Source: an uncultured Pseudomonadota bacterium (lineage in GTDB: Bacteria; Myxococcota_A; UBA9042; PHBI01; CALCNF01). Taken from it: a DNA stretch of 32,348 nt. A program made the translations under genes and the position numbers. Within the stretch, counting starts at the first letter, position 1; every line of letters begins with the position of its first letter. Below, in pieces: positions 12,801 through 20,600 of the stretch. Where the stretch lies: positions 1-32,348 of the forward strand of contig CALCNF010000041.1 of NCBI GenBank assembly GCA_937897815.1, written 5' to 3'. A model generated the notes under the pieces. The model had not been told where the DNA came from. It saw nothing but the letters and a program-made list of their open reading frames with translations, and did no database searches.

Positions 12801-14640
12801 GGAGACCGCGGATCTCGACGGCGACGGAGCCCCCAACTGCGCGGACGAAGATCGTGACGGTGATGGGGTCAGCGACGCCATCGAGGAGGTGCTGGGCCTC
12901 GACCCGAACCGCGCGGACACCGACGGTGACGGACAGCCCGACAACCTCTCGGAGGCCTACTACGGTTATGTGGGCGGCACGATCACCGATGAGGACGCCT
13001 CACCGGTGGTCTCCTCGGGCGGCTCGGACAGCGGGTGTGGCGCCGGTCGCGACGCCACTCCGGCCGGGCTGGTCCTGTGTCTCTTCTTCGGTCTGACGCT
13101 CCTGTGGCGCCGCCGCCGCAGCCGGGCGATCCTGGGAACAGGAGCGCTCGCCTGCGTCCTGGCCCTGGGCTCGCTTCACCCGAGCGCTCAGGCGGCGGGG
13201 ACGGGCTTCATCGCCGATGGATTCGAGGCGCTGCCCGCGCATCATCGAAACCACATCGTGGTCTCGACCTCGGATGTTCTCTCCCACGGGGATGGTTCGA
13301 CCTCGCTCATCATGAGCCAGGCCCGAAACATCCTCAGCGCAGCGGACCTTCAGGTCGGGGGAGTGGAGGCCCTGAGCTACCCCGTTGAGGGTCAGCTTCG
13401 GACGGAGATCTTGAGCGCCTACGGCCTCTTCGACCTCATGGACATCGGGGTCGCGATCCCGGTCCTCGCCTACCAGTGGGGCGATGACCTCGCGGGCATC
13501 GACCGGCCTGGGCAGGACGTGGACGGCACGGTGCTCGGTGACGTGCGGATTCACCCGAGGATCCGCTTCGTGCGGCGCGAGGCCACAGGGGGGCTCGGGG
13601 TTGCGGTCGCCGCCTCCCTTCACCTCCCCACGGGAGACGTGAACAGCTTCAACTCCATGGGCGTGTTCCGAGCGGAGCCCAGGCTGATCATCGACTGGCT
13701 CTCGCCCGACGGGCGCCTGGCCATCGCGACCAACCTCGGCTACCACGTGGGCCCTCGCTACGTGTACCGTGGGCTCGTCTTTGACGACGACCTGCGCTGG
13801 GGAGCCTCGCTCCAGAGCGAGCTCTCGGTGGCCGATTACGCCTTCGTCGCGACCTTTGGTGCTCGAGGCTCGGTGCCCCTGGAGATGTCCCTTGGCGCCG
13901 GAGACCTCTCCAAGGTCGGCGTACCCGTTGAGCTTATCGGAGCGCTCAAGCTCCCGCTGAGTCACCATCTGGTCTCAGAGATCGGCTACGCTCAGAGCCC
14001 GTCGACGGGGATCGGCGCGCCAGGGTTTCGGGTCTTCGCGGGCTTGACCTTCGGCTGGCCCAAGCAGGAGTTCTTCGCGGGGCCCGTTCCCCTGGAGGGC
14101 GACCGCGATGGAGATCTCTTGATTGACCCCATCGACGCCTGTCCGGATGAGCCTGAGGACACCGATGGCTTTGAAGACGAAGACGGATGCCCCGAGCTGG
14201 ATCGGAGCCTCTGGCATCAGCGCCAAGGCGTCCTGACCTTCGCCGGAGAGGCCAGCTCGATCCTCTCGGAGAAGAGCCACGCGGTGATCCGAGACACGGC
14301 CAACGCCATCGCCGAGCTGGCGAACAAAGAGGGCGGTCTCGACCACATCGTCGTCATGGGGTTCGCCGATGACCTCGATGATGAGAGCGCCAACCGCGAG
14401 CTGGCCCAGGAGCGCGCCCGAGCGGTCGCGGGTCTCCTGGCGACCTACGGCATCGCGCGCGAGTTCATGAAGGTGGAGGCCTCGACGGGGGCCCCACTGC
14501 GCGGCGTGGGGGCGCCTGAGCGCTCCCCGGATCCAAGACGTGTACAGCTGCGCGTCGTGGTGCGCGGCAAGACCGTACCTACGAACACCACCCAGTCGCC
14601 GCGGCCCGATGCCGTCGCTGAGTTGGGAGGAGCACGATGA
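1..14640 (+). CDS. Giant Cys-rich/TSP3-repeat cell-surface protein fused through an internal MYXO-CTERM-like motif to a TraB-like beta-barrel, TSP3 and OmpA-like domain (5' partial)
   Basis: Frame 1 is open from base 1 (NACTTGDTCSEGSC...), so the true start lies upstream of the window; stop TGA at 14638-14640. Domain order: CDDxNxCTxDxC repeats, CGDG...ExCD repeats, RVFVTS domain, a long DxDxDG/DNCP/DAFP repeat tract, GC-TM-RRRR, amphipathic beta-strand region, OmpA-like GFADD...NRELAQERARAV...RRVQL. Confidence 0.92.
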   Translation, partial: NACTTGDTCSEGSCVGGAAPDCDDSNVCTTDTCDALAGCVNTPNTDPCDDSNAATGPDTCSGGSCSGSPIECNQASDQCVASSTPNGAGCDIVNEDDGTLCSDGSNNTKDDVCTAGICGGTNIDCSGEAVDTCTPSHSPNGVGCSPNHAVTGTSCNDFLNGTKDDVCDGSGTCAGTPYDCLGEAISQCTPNYSANGVDCTPNHLANEAPCNDGDPSTQDDECDGNGTCGGTGYSCPATTTCIPSYTQNGAGGCTAVHATEGTSCDDSNPNTSNDECDGEGNCVACGDGVQQPDEACEDSNIDAGDGCSASCTVEAGWVCNPHCEAGACGDGIQAGTEQCDAGVANSDAWAAGDHCNASCELGKAPYCGDGDADTGDSNGDGIDDEICDDGADNSDQYSPTARCDTTCQDYAPYCGDGDTDEGDEVCDDKDDNADGWTVNQTCNTSCNAYQPYCGDGIVTAPHEVCDINGDASCQPGCQTQDSDSDGIVESLDNCPSVPNANQANFEVDEETEACSDASDCTPGNCIGGVCVVGDACDTDDDNDGVVDAEDTDPNNRLVCQDSDSDECDDCAILGYADPANDGVIDRDEDGLCDIGSSCRARVFVTSQIFTGQLGGLDGADNACANAAQNADLNAVGTTNRWRAWIGTSEAGPAQRIGHMPFPFVLVVPEGEAEVQIAASWEKLTSGNLDHPIDRNEAGQPISDDVRIWSFTQMDGDAHGTGTIGHCNGWTTKGPNFIGHVGQPAFTDGNDANLATGVGIGADPETLGCNTKQRLLCVEVISDCGDPDDDNDGVPDGDGLVMCPSTPPGECTDGCLGNCGLSCPAGCPTDCPSACSDNCPRISNASQADDDGNGIGDICDLDSDGDGFKDNSDNCPLIPNADQADADNDTQGDVCDNDLDNDTIVNALDNCPDVYNLDQDDMDPFYVEDPDNPGEYIKSACGNKDDCTEEQSCVDGYCVGDGIGDACDFDVDADQVLDSEDNCPEDWNIDQADLDGDGHGDVCDADEDGDGIADSVDNCPRAANLNQIDHDGDGAGDLCDGDDDDDGFADGGDNCPLLKNSAQACAADSSCEGAVAVPCTIDAHCAKGTCIEGYCRKECGASCTNQSDSYCSKYGECLISQVDTDGDGLGDACDEDDDGDLWFDSSDTCPADADEAQLDLDSDGEGDACDDDIDGDDLVNSASACCSERQEPGCSVDDPTAEFNPSNKNALELCICDAIGASPGYGPDTYCCTNKWDDICAANAVAHCGLACSNDNCPDVYNPDQVDSTEMSLNPAEFPIEGDGVGDVCDDDKDGDGISDDPLLPPCNGPGQTGCSDTCPLVPNADQLDLDGDFVGDVCDVDDDGDVIADVLDNCPVIYNPDQADADGDEVGDLCDTCPQDADAHDDDGDGVDSCQDNCPEHANADQLDSDEDGFGDACDVDDDSDGMLDTYGVDGADNCPTVSNPDQADSDGDLVGDACDNCPNIPNKNANGPQKDHDNDGLGDACDPDDDGDGVMDVADNCPFDPNADQTNHDLLAELAELAAGGVVQGDVCDPDDDNDGFLDEDDACPFTPEDVQADTDGDGFGDLCDSCPFDPIDGGHDTDFDGKCNAVDNCPLLANPEQENTDLALEQGADQIACDENDPCDEGACILGICIAGDACDSDDDNDGLLDYLDPCPAVLDDADGDCIGGADDDYPDDPSKSGDADSDDDETCTTNNKLCGDDSVDTDDDNDGVLDVDDNCPVVPNATALVSPEIECVEASDCVGDTYCGTDAKCHEAQANQDQDLEGDLCDVDDDNDGILDDGDGVDASAEDNKVCATAQESGCDDNCPNVANPGQMDTDGDGQGDACDTDDDGDGVPDVYDSTPMGADDPTSDDDDGDGVLDLEDAFPLNPNESNDLDGDGIGDNADLDDDGDGVADAADNCPMWANADQLDTDADTEGDVCDEDDDGDSVLDADDAYPLDGAESADSDGDGVGDNVDAFPNDPSESVDSDGDGVGDNADPAPYDAEHSVDTDGDGFPDTDESAEKDKDGDSVLDALDNCPLTVNADQADADADAQGDACDTDDDGDGVLDVDDLCPLTADPDQLDTDDDGQGDLCDPCPQDVTVNASGDDDGDGLCPSDDNCPQIANISQFDLDGDGEGDACDNDDDGDELLDLIDPCPLLSADNDADQDCVADDEDAFPNDPEKAADADQDGIDDAADLYDDGDSIPDELDNCPGIDNDDQADFDGDGLGDVCDTDKDGDAVPDELDLCPWTPDPAQTNLDGDAFGDACDSDIDGDILPNEVDNCPFDYNPDQANLDGDAQGDLCDDDDDGDSVPDVLDTCPKKTPGAYQLDTDGDGQGDLCDTDDDGDGVPDPVDVYPTDPTEWLDSDKDGVGDNADAFPVDPSEQSDADGDGFGDNTDPDPLSPAPPGDTDGDGVVDDQDPFPNDGSESGDLDGDGTGDNADTDDDGDSVLDVLDNCPGTVNTDQDDLDADGLGDACDPDVDGDGFTNADDEYPLDGDEWKDTDGDGVGDNEDAFPLSATETVDSDGDGVGDNADEYPFDASEQFNSDACPDNDGDGSPDTPGPDDSCDTVGNNLDLDDDGDGVYDVDDNCPLHPNAAPLALENGVDAISCADQPCPLPSQDCYIDNLCHEAQTDTDQDGYGDACESSIDSDGDGIADEDEKVIEGTCSDTDEACTTDDDCLAGICEGYKDCILVSAFLDEDNDCVPTDANGNGVLDPEDDAFPEDGTEDKDTDRDGIGNNADTDDDNDGVPDESDDLPLDATSSVDTDGDGVGDETDAFPNDPAEQSDTDGDGIGDQADGDDDQDGVPDGLDDLPLDPTESVDSDGDGVGDKKDAFVDDPTESADSDGDGVGDNADTDIDGDGVLNQQDAFPYDASESVDSDGDGVGDNSDADPFDDEETLDSDGDGVPDGKDVFPSDAGEWLDTDGDGVGDELDDDADGDGVADEQDAFPTDPTESVDTDGDGLGDETDTDDDGDTELDVLDNCPKVPNQSQEDFDHDDLGDVCDDDDDGDGLLDAVDNCPMEDNPEQLDNDGDGLGDICDPDDDNDGVPDGDQTVLCQTGQTLNCSDNCPLVYNPTQSDLGDGSDGIGDACDDSDGDGLSDAFDNCPVVANADQTDADGDGLGDPCEADSDGDGVPDVYDWAPYDDSEQLDTDGDGVGDNADAFPTDPTEQIDTDGDGVGDLKDTDADGDGIPDDEDLYPTLPNGLDTDGDGSPDVVDQDDDNDGVPDATDNCPLLSNISQANLDEDLEIEAGEVALGDVCDDDDDGDETPDLYDLCPETFDPEQSDLDSDAVGDACDDDMDGDGVDNDLDDLPADPFETKDSDGDGVGDNADLFPDNSDEQIDTDGDGLGDNFADSDDDNDGIPDDEDLLPKNNDFLVDDDGDGVLDVDDAFPFDPTESEDSDGDGIGNNQETDDDNDAFPDTIDNCPTTHNLDQVDTDSDGLGDACDDDDDNDGIPDATDPCPLLELAPLYEDDLDGDGYSDSCDSDDDGDGVVDSLDLFPNDPNESKDSDGDGAGDNEDLAPNSDAVTVDTDGDGLINEIDLDDDGDGVPDTEDAFPFDASEAYDSDGDGVGDNADPAPLDPALSEDADGDGIADPFDEDDDGDGVPDTEDAYPFDPKKSLDTDQDGIDDMVDPDDDGDGVPDTEDEYPLNAFEAYDTDGDGTGDNEDLDDDGDGINDEYDEFPLDPTETTDTDGDGVGDVADIAPTDPNLSKDTDGDFIADEVDVDDDGDGMPDEFDAFPLDPTETEDSDGDGIGDNADPAPFDPDVSLDTDGDLIADEDDADDDGDGVLDVNDAFPLDPNEVSDHDGDGIGDNADTDDDGDGVEDAYDAFPLNGDESKDLDGDGVGDGVDPDLDGDQVSNEAELACGTDPEDASDVPDTTNTDAPENAAEGVATDTDIDCFDSDDDGDGYDDLLEITCGSDPLDATSLPVGVENHHDADDDGVCDNLDEDDDGDGWADEDETTCMSDPFDAEQTPADLDGDGVCDMLDADIDGDGASNEEESVCKTDPLDASSTSTGQTLTDFDADGIPDCGDPDDDNDGLTDVIEAEIGSNPTSTDSDGDGIEDGVEDANQDGVLDDGETSPVLADSDGDDLSDSLELASCYDSGAEGWVSPTDTPSLCGQTDPRQADTDGDGLLDGHEDADLDGQWAQNETSPLMADTDGDGATDKDELACESSPLDPASLPVDQDADGQCDLAIHDSDADGVVDTLENLCGTDPLDGGQVPGLNEIGDTDGDGLLDCVDPDDDEDGALDSIEQACGTDPLDASEVPTVEETADLDGDGAPNCADEDRDGDGVSDAIEEVLGLDPNRADTDGDGQPDNLSEAYYGYVGGTITDEDASPVVSSGGSDSGCGAGRDATPAGLVLCLFFGLTLLWRRRRSRAILGTGALACVLALGSLHPSAQAAGTGFIADGFEALPAHHRNHIVVSTSDVLSHGDGSTSLIMSQARNILSAADLQVGGVEALSYPVEGQLRTEILSAYGLFDLMDIGVAIPVLAYQWGDDLAGIDRPGQDVDGTVLGDVRIHPRIRFVRREATGGLGVAVAASLHLPTGDVNSFNSMGVFRAEPRLIIDWLSPDGRLAIATNLGYHVGPRYVYRGLVFDDDLRWGASLQSELSVADYAFVATFGARGSVPLEMSLGAGDLSKVGVPVELIGALKLPLSHHLVSEIGYAQSPSTGIGAPGFRVFAGLTFGWPKQEFFAGPVPLEGDRDGDLLIDPIDACPDEPEDTDGFEDEDGCPELDRSLWHQRQGVLTFAGEASSILSEKSHAVIRDTANAIAELANKEGGLDHIVVMGFADDLDDESANRELAQERARAVAGLLATYGIAREFMKVEASTGAPLRGVGAPERSPDPRRVQLRVVVRGKTVPTNTTQSPRPDAVAELGGAR
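853..1435 (+). repeat. Myxobacterial disulfide-rich repeats (myxo_disulf_rpt/DUF4215-like) in CDS1
   Basis: Five CGDG...ExCD/E units, e.g. CGDGVQQPDEACEDSNIDAGDGCSASC, CGDGIQAGTEQCDAG, CGDGDTDEGDEVCDD. Confidence 0.8.
1801..2334 (+). other. DUF1554-like (endostatin/C-type-lectin-like fold) globular domain in CDS1
   Basis: RVFVTSQIFTGQLGGLDGADNACANAA...WRAWI...L.HPIDRNE.G...IWS...CNGWT...CNTKQRLLCVE matches the family pattern as I recall it. Confidence 0.7.
2350..12950 (+). repeat. Thrombospondin type 3-like Ca-binding repeat tract of CDS1
   Basis: Roughly 3500 aa of DxDxDGxxDxxDNCP...NxDQ, DAFPxDPxExxDxDGDGxGDNAD and ExxCGTDPLD units; extremely Asp-rich. Confidence 0.9.
13018..13197 (+). 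other. Internal MYXO-CTERM-like sorting signal plus second signal-peptide-like segment (CDS1)
   Basis: GGSDSGCGAGRDATP-AGLVLCLFFGLTLLW-RRRR-SRAILGTGALACVLALGSLHPS-AQA|A. Confidence 0.78.
13198..14570 (+). other. TraB-like module in CDS1: outer-membrane beta-barrel, TSP3 repeat, OmpA-like peptidoglycan-binding domain
   Basis: AYGLFDLMDIGVAIPV, GDVRIHPRIRF, LHLPTGD, GIGAPGFRVFAGLTF barrel motifs; DRDGDLLIDPIDACPDEPEDTDGFEDEDGCPE; OmpA-like C-domain at about 14215-14570. Confidence 0.75.
14626..14631 (+). promoter_or_regulatory. Shine-Dalgarno site of CDS2
   Basis: GGAGGA five bases upstream of ATG 14637, which overlaps the CDS1 stop as ATGA. Confidence 0.7.
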
Positions 14641-17600
14641 AGATGATCTCACTCCGATCTCTGGCAGTTCTGACCGCCTTGACGCTGCTCTCGGGCTGCG
14701 TGGCCTCTGAGGCTGAGCCCTTTGACGCCCTGAACGCGGACACCATTGAGGAGCCCACCGTCGAGAGCCTGGCGCGCCTGGCGCCCGCTTCGGCAGAGAA
14801 GATCGAGCTGGCCGACCACGATCTGTCGCGTCTCTTTGATGGAGACGTGTGTGATCCTGCGGTCGTGCCCGGTTGTCGCGCGACCCTCGTGGGCCAGCGC
14901 TGGATGGACAACATCAACCGCGTGCTCCGGGAGGGCGCCTCCGAGGGCTACGCGGTCCTCACGAGCGAGTTCTTGGCCGGAGAGATGGATCTGGCGATCT
15001 TTGGCGCCCAGTCCATCGACCAGCTCGATCCCCAGGATAGTCTCGCCCTGCGTCAGGAGATCGCCTTCTGGTTCGCGACCCAATACGGCCATGACACCGC
15101 CGTGGGCGGTACGGTCTCCTCGAGCGCTCTCGACGCGGCGGCGCTCCTCTTCGACGCGCTCCAGGACGCCTCCGGTGAGACCTGGCGAATCGGCGTGGTG
15201 GGCTTTGACGCGTCCCAGGATCTTCACGAGGCCCGCGCCGTCACGCCGGCCTTCTTCCGCCCCCGCGACGGCGAGCTGGTCACGCTCGTGACCTCCGACT
15301 CCTACGAGGGCACGGGCTCGGGCGAGCTCACCCTGGATCTGCCTCAGAAGAGCTGGGCCTATGAGGAGTTCGCGGCCGGTTCGACCCTGGACGGCAATCG
15401 CCTGTGGCTCACGCGGTCCTCCGCCCGGCGGGACGCTCAGCCCTGTCCCTTCTGTAAGCCCTCGGCTGACGCGGACGCTCCGGCGGCTCCTCGCCAGCTC
15501 CTCGTTGATGGGCCCGCCCGCGTGATCGCCCAGGACGCCGAGGGTCGACAGACGGCGTTCCTCAGCGGCCAGGTGATCGAGGAGATCCCGGGCAGCAACG
15601 TGCGCGCCGTGTTTACGGGCGATGACGTGCCGCCCCGCCAACTCTTTCTCCCGCCCTCGGGCGAGGTCACGATCCTCGCCAGCGGTCGCCCGGCGCCCGA
15701 GTTCACGGTCCAGCCCGCGACGCGCGTCGAGCTCTACGCCCCCAACTTCGTGGCGGGCACCGGCACCATTGAGACCCCCGAGGGTCAGACCGACACCATT
15801 CGCATCCAGAACGCGGGCAAGCGCCTCTCGTTCTCCACGTGGCACGGAGACGGCGCGAACGTCTTCATCGCCTCCGACGCGGGCGACCAGCCCGTGCTCT
15901 TTGAGCTCGAGACCACGGGCGTGGGGACCGGGCAGAGCCTGTGGATCCAGCTCGACGAAGAGGAGGGCGTCGTCCTCCTCGATATGACGGCCGAGGCGAC
16001 CCTCCGCGGCACCTTCAGCTTCACGATCCAGCGCGGGCTCGATCGCCTGACCTACGTGAGCAGCCTGGATCTTCGAGCCCGAGGCCAATACCGCCTCCAC
16101 TACCGAGACTGGGTCGGCCCAGGTCTACCCATGACCGTGGACGTCGACCTCCAGCCTGATGGCGCGGTCGACCACACGATTGAGCTCTCGGGGTGCACGG
16201 TCGCTGAGGGATGCGAGCACCTAGAGGGCTTCGACGACGACGGTGTCCCCGGTGCTCTCGACAACTGCCCTTCGATCGCCAACGTGGACCAGGCAGACCT
16301 GGACGGGGATGGCCTGGGTGACGCCTGTGACGCGGACATCGACGGCGATGGCGTCGATGAGCTGGGCGCTCTGGAGGGATCGGTCCCTTGTCCCGATCAA
16401 GTGACGGTTGAGTGTGACGACAACTGTCCCGGGATTCACAACCCGACTCAGGCGGACCTGGACGGCGACTTCCTCGGAGACGCGTGTGACGACGACCTCG
16501 ATGGCGACGGCGTCCCTGATGACGGGAGCCTCAACGGCGTTCAGGTGTGCAACGCGCCGTTCATCCTGGGCTGCGACGACAACTGCCCGCTGATCGTCAA
16601 CGAAGACCAGGAGGACTTTGACGACGACGGCGTAGGCGACGCCTGCGACGCGGACATCGATGGCGATGCCATTGTTGAGGATCCGACTCTGGAGAGCTGC
16701 GCCGGGACCACCGAGAACTGCAATGACAACTGCCCCAATCTCTGGAACCCCCTCCAGGAGGACCTCGATGGTGACGGTCTTGGTGATCCCTGTGACGCCG
16801 ACGACGACGCCGACGGGATCGCGGATCTCGGGGACAACTGCCCGCTTCTGGCCAATCCCCAGCAGGCGGACCTCGATTCAGACGCCATCGGCGATCTCTG
16901 CGAGACTGACCTGGACGGCGATGGCATCGGAGAGGATGGGGATGAAGATCAGGCGGCGGATAACCCCTGTGAGCCCGGTCAGAAGACCGAGTGCGATGAC
17001 AACTGTCCCCTGAACTTCAATCCGGAGCAGGAAGATCTCGACGGTGACGGCGTCGGGGACGTCTGTGACACGAACCCCGACGGCGACGCCTTCGACGGCG
17101 CGGCAGATCTCTGCCCAATGATGGCCACCATCGAGCAAAAGGACGATGACGGCGACGGTCTCGGAGACGCCTGCCAGGACACGGACGGAGATGGCGTGCT
17201 CGATGACGGCGCCCTCGATGGGATCGTGGCCTCCTTGAAGCTCTGCGGCCCTGAGCTTCTCACGGACTGCGATGACAACTGCCCACAGAGCGCGAACGCC
17301 GACCAGGCGGACTCCGATGGTGACGGCCTGGGTGACGTGTGCGATCCCGACGCGGACAACGACGGCCTGGCCAACGAGCTGGATATCTGTCCTCTACACC
17401 CCGACCCCGAGCAGGGGGACATGGACGGCGACGGGATCGGCGACCCCTGCGACGATGACGTCGACGGAGACGGCGCACCCAATGACACAGACACCTGCGC
17501 GCTGATCGCGGACCCAGACCACCCGGATCAGGATCAGGATGGGGTCGGCGATGCCTGCGATGACGACATCGACGGTGACGCGGTCCCGAACGCAACCGAC

Positions 17601-20600
17601 AATTGTCCCCTGGGCGTGAACCCGGTTCAGGGCGACATCGACGGCGATGGTCTGGGCGACACCTGCGACACGGACATCGATGGGGATGACGTCCTCAACG
17701 CCTCCGACAACTGCGTTCAGGTCGCCAACGCGACTCAGGTCGATCTGGACGGCGATGGCATCGGTGACGCCTGCGATCCCGATCTGGATGGCGATGGGCT
17801 GCTGGACGGTTCCCAGGATCTCGACGACGACCAGGATGGCGTCATCGATGGGGATGACAACTGTGAGAGCACCCCCAACGCGGACCAGAATAATCTCGAC
17901 GGCGACGATTTCGGTGACGCTTGCGATGCCGATCAGGACGGCGACGGCGTGATCGACACCCAGGACGCCGATGACGATGAGGACGGCGTTCTCGATCTCG
18001 CCGACAACTGCTCGACCATCCCCAACGTCTCTCAAGACGATCTGGACGGGGACGGCCTGGGCGACGTCTGCGACGCGGACATCGACGGTGATGGCGTCTT
18101 GAACGCGGCCGATAAGGACGACGACAACGACGGATTCCAGGACGAATGTATCCCCGGGATCGATCCGTCGGACTGTGTCTCTGACAACTGCACGACCAAG
18201 GCCAATGACGACCAGATCGACTCCGACTTCGACGGGGAGGGTGACGTCTGTGACGCCGATGATGACGGCGACGGTGTCGACGACGCCTCCGATCTCTGTC
18301 CCCTGCTGGCGACCTTAGCCGCTGGCGCGGGCGACCAGGACTGCGAGGACGACGCAGCTTGTGGAGAGGGGACCTACTGCGCTCCCTCCGGCCTGTGCCA
18401 TGTGGGCCACCTCGATCTGGACGGCGACGGTCTTGGCAACGCATGCGACTCGGACGTCGACGGCGACAACGTCACCGATGGTGACGGCTCCTTTCCCTGC
18501 CAGCACGGCCAGATCTACGCCTGCGACGACAACTGTCCGATGGTGTTCAACGCCTCTCAGGCTGACACCGATGGCGACCAGCAGGGCAACGCCTGCGACG
18601 GGGACGACGACAACGACGGAGTGCCCGATGACGGCGTCGAGGGTGAGGTTCCCTGCGCCTCGGGTCAGCTCTCAAGCTGCGATGACAACTGTCCTCTGCT
18701 CGCCAACTCTTTCCAGCTCGACCTGGACGGCGACGGCCTCGGTGATGTCTGCGATGAGGACGACGATGGCGACGGCGTGGACGACGTCGAGGACAACTGC
18801 GCGACCCTGTCGAACCCGGCTCAGGCCAACGCGGATGGGGATCCCCTCGGGGACCTCTGCGATCCGGATGTGGATGGAGACAACGCCCCCAACGAGATCG
18901 ACAACTGCCCGGGCATCCTCAACATCGCGCAGGCGGATGACGATGGAGATGATCTGGGCGACCTCTGCGACAACTGCCCAGACGTCGCCAACCCTCAGCA
19001 GGATGATCTCGATGGCGATGGCCTCGGAGATGGCTGCGATGAGGACCGCGATGGCGACGGCTTCGACAACGGCGACGACAATTGTCCGAACAACTCCAAC
19101 GCCGACCAGGCCGATCAAGACGGCGACTCCACCGGCGACGTCTGTGATAGCGACATCGATGGAGACACGAAGGCGAACTTCGATGACAACTGCCCGCTCA
19201 TCCCCAACGTCGGCCAGGCCGACACGGACCTGGACGGCTTCGGTGACGCTTGTGACCTCGACGACGCCGATCTCGATGGCATCAAGGATCACGTCGACAA
19301 CTGTGACCTGCTCGCGAACCCGCAGCAGGAGGACATGGACCAGGACGGCGTGGGCGATCTCTGTGACGACGACCAGGATGGCGATGGTTTTGCCAACGGG
19401 AGCGACAACTGCCCGGAGACCATGAACGCACCTCCATCGGTCGGCGAGCTTCAGACCGATCAGGATCAGGACGGCCTGGGGGACGCCTGTGACCTCGATG
19501 ATGACAACGACGGCATCCCCGATACGCTCGATAACTGTCCCGAGGACGTGAACCCGGATCAGGCCAACCTCAATGAGCTCGACGAGCTCGCGGATCCCAA
19601 CCTGGCAGTGGAGGGTGACGCGTGTGACCACGATGACGACGGTGACGGGACCCCTGACGACGTCGATCTGGACGACGACGATGACGGAGTCGCCGATGAC
19701 CTGGATAACTGCCCGCTGGTCGTGAACGCCGAGCAGGACAATCAGGACGGTGACGGACTGGGTGATGCCTGTGATGGGGACATCGATGGGGACGACACCG
19801 AGAACCTGAGCGACAACTGTCCTTGGACCCCCAACGTCTCTCAGGCCGATCTGGATCTGGACGGCGTGGGCGACGCTTGTGACGAAGACCTAGACGGCGA
19901 TGGTCAGACCAACGACGTGGACGTGGATGACGATGGCGATCTTGTCGCTGACGGCGTCGACAATTGCCCCCACGCCTACAACGTCAACCAGCAGGACCTC
20001 GACTACGATGACGTGGGCGACGCCTGTGACAACTGCGCGTACGACTACAACGATCAGCAAGGCGATCTCGATCAAGATGAGATCGGCGACCTCTGTGATG
20101 ATGACGCGGACGGCGACAAGATCCTCGAGGACGGGGCCGAAGACGAGGTCGACCCCTGCGAGTCGGGCCAGTCGGCAGGCTGCGATGACAACTGCCCAGA
20201 GGTCTCCAATCACGATCAGCAGGACACAGACGCCGATGGTGTCGGTGACGCCTGCGACCTGTGCCCGCTGGTCCCCAACGCTGGCCAGGAGGACGTGGAC
20301 TTTGACGGTGTCGGTGACGCGTGCGCCGGCGACAGCGATGGTGACGGGACGCCTGACGCTCTGGACCTCTGTCCTACGCTCCAGAACCCGTCGACCGCTA
20401 CCCTCGACACCGATGGAGACGGCGTTGGTGACGACTGCGATAACTGCAAGGGCGAGTCGAACCCCAGTCAGGCAAACCTGGACGGCGATAACCAGGGGGA
20501 CAAGTGCGACGCCGACGGAGACGCCGACGGCATTGGCTACAGCTTCAACAAGCCGAACACCGAGGAGGCCTGCACGGGTGTCCCGGATCCCGATGACGGA

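Noticed and set aside
13198-14640. Assigning the symbols traA, traB, ompA or mts
   Set aside because: The architecture is similar, but I see no TraA PA14-like domain and cannot establish orthology by eye.
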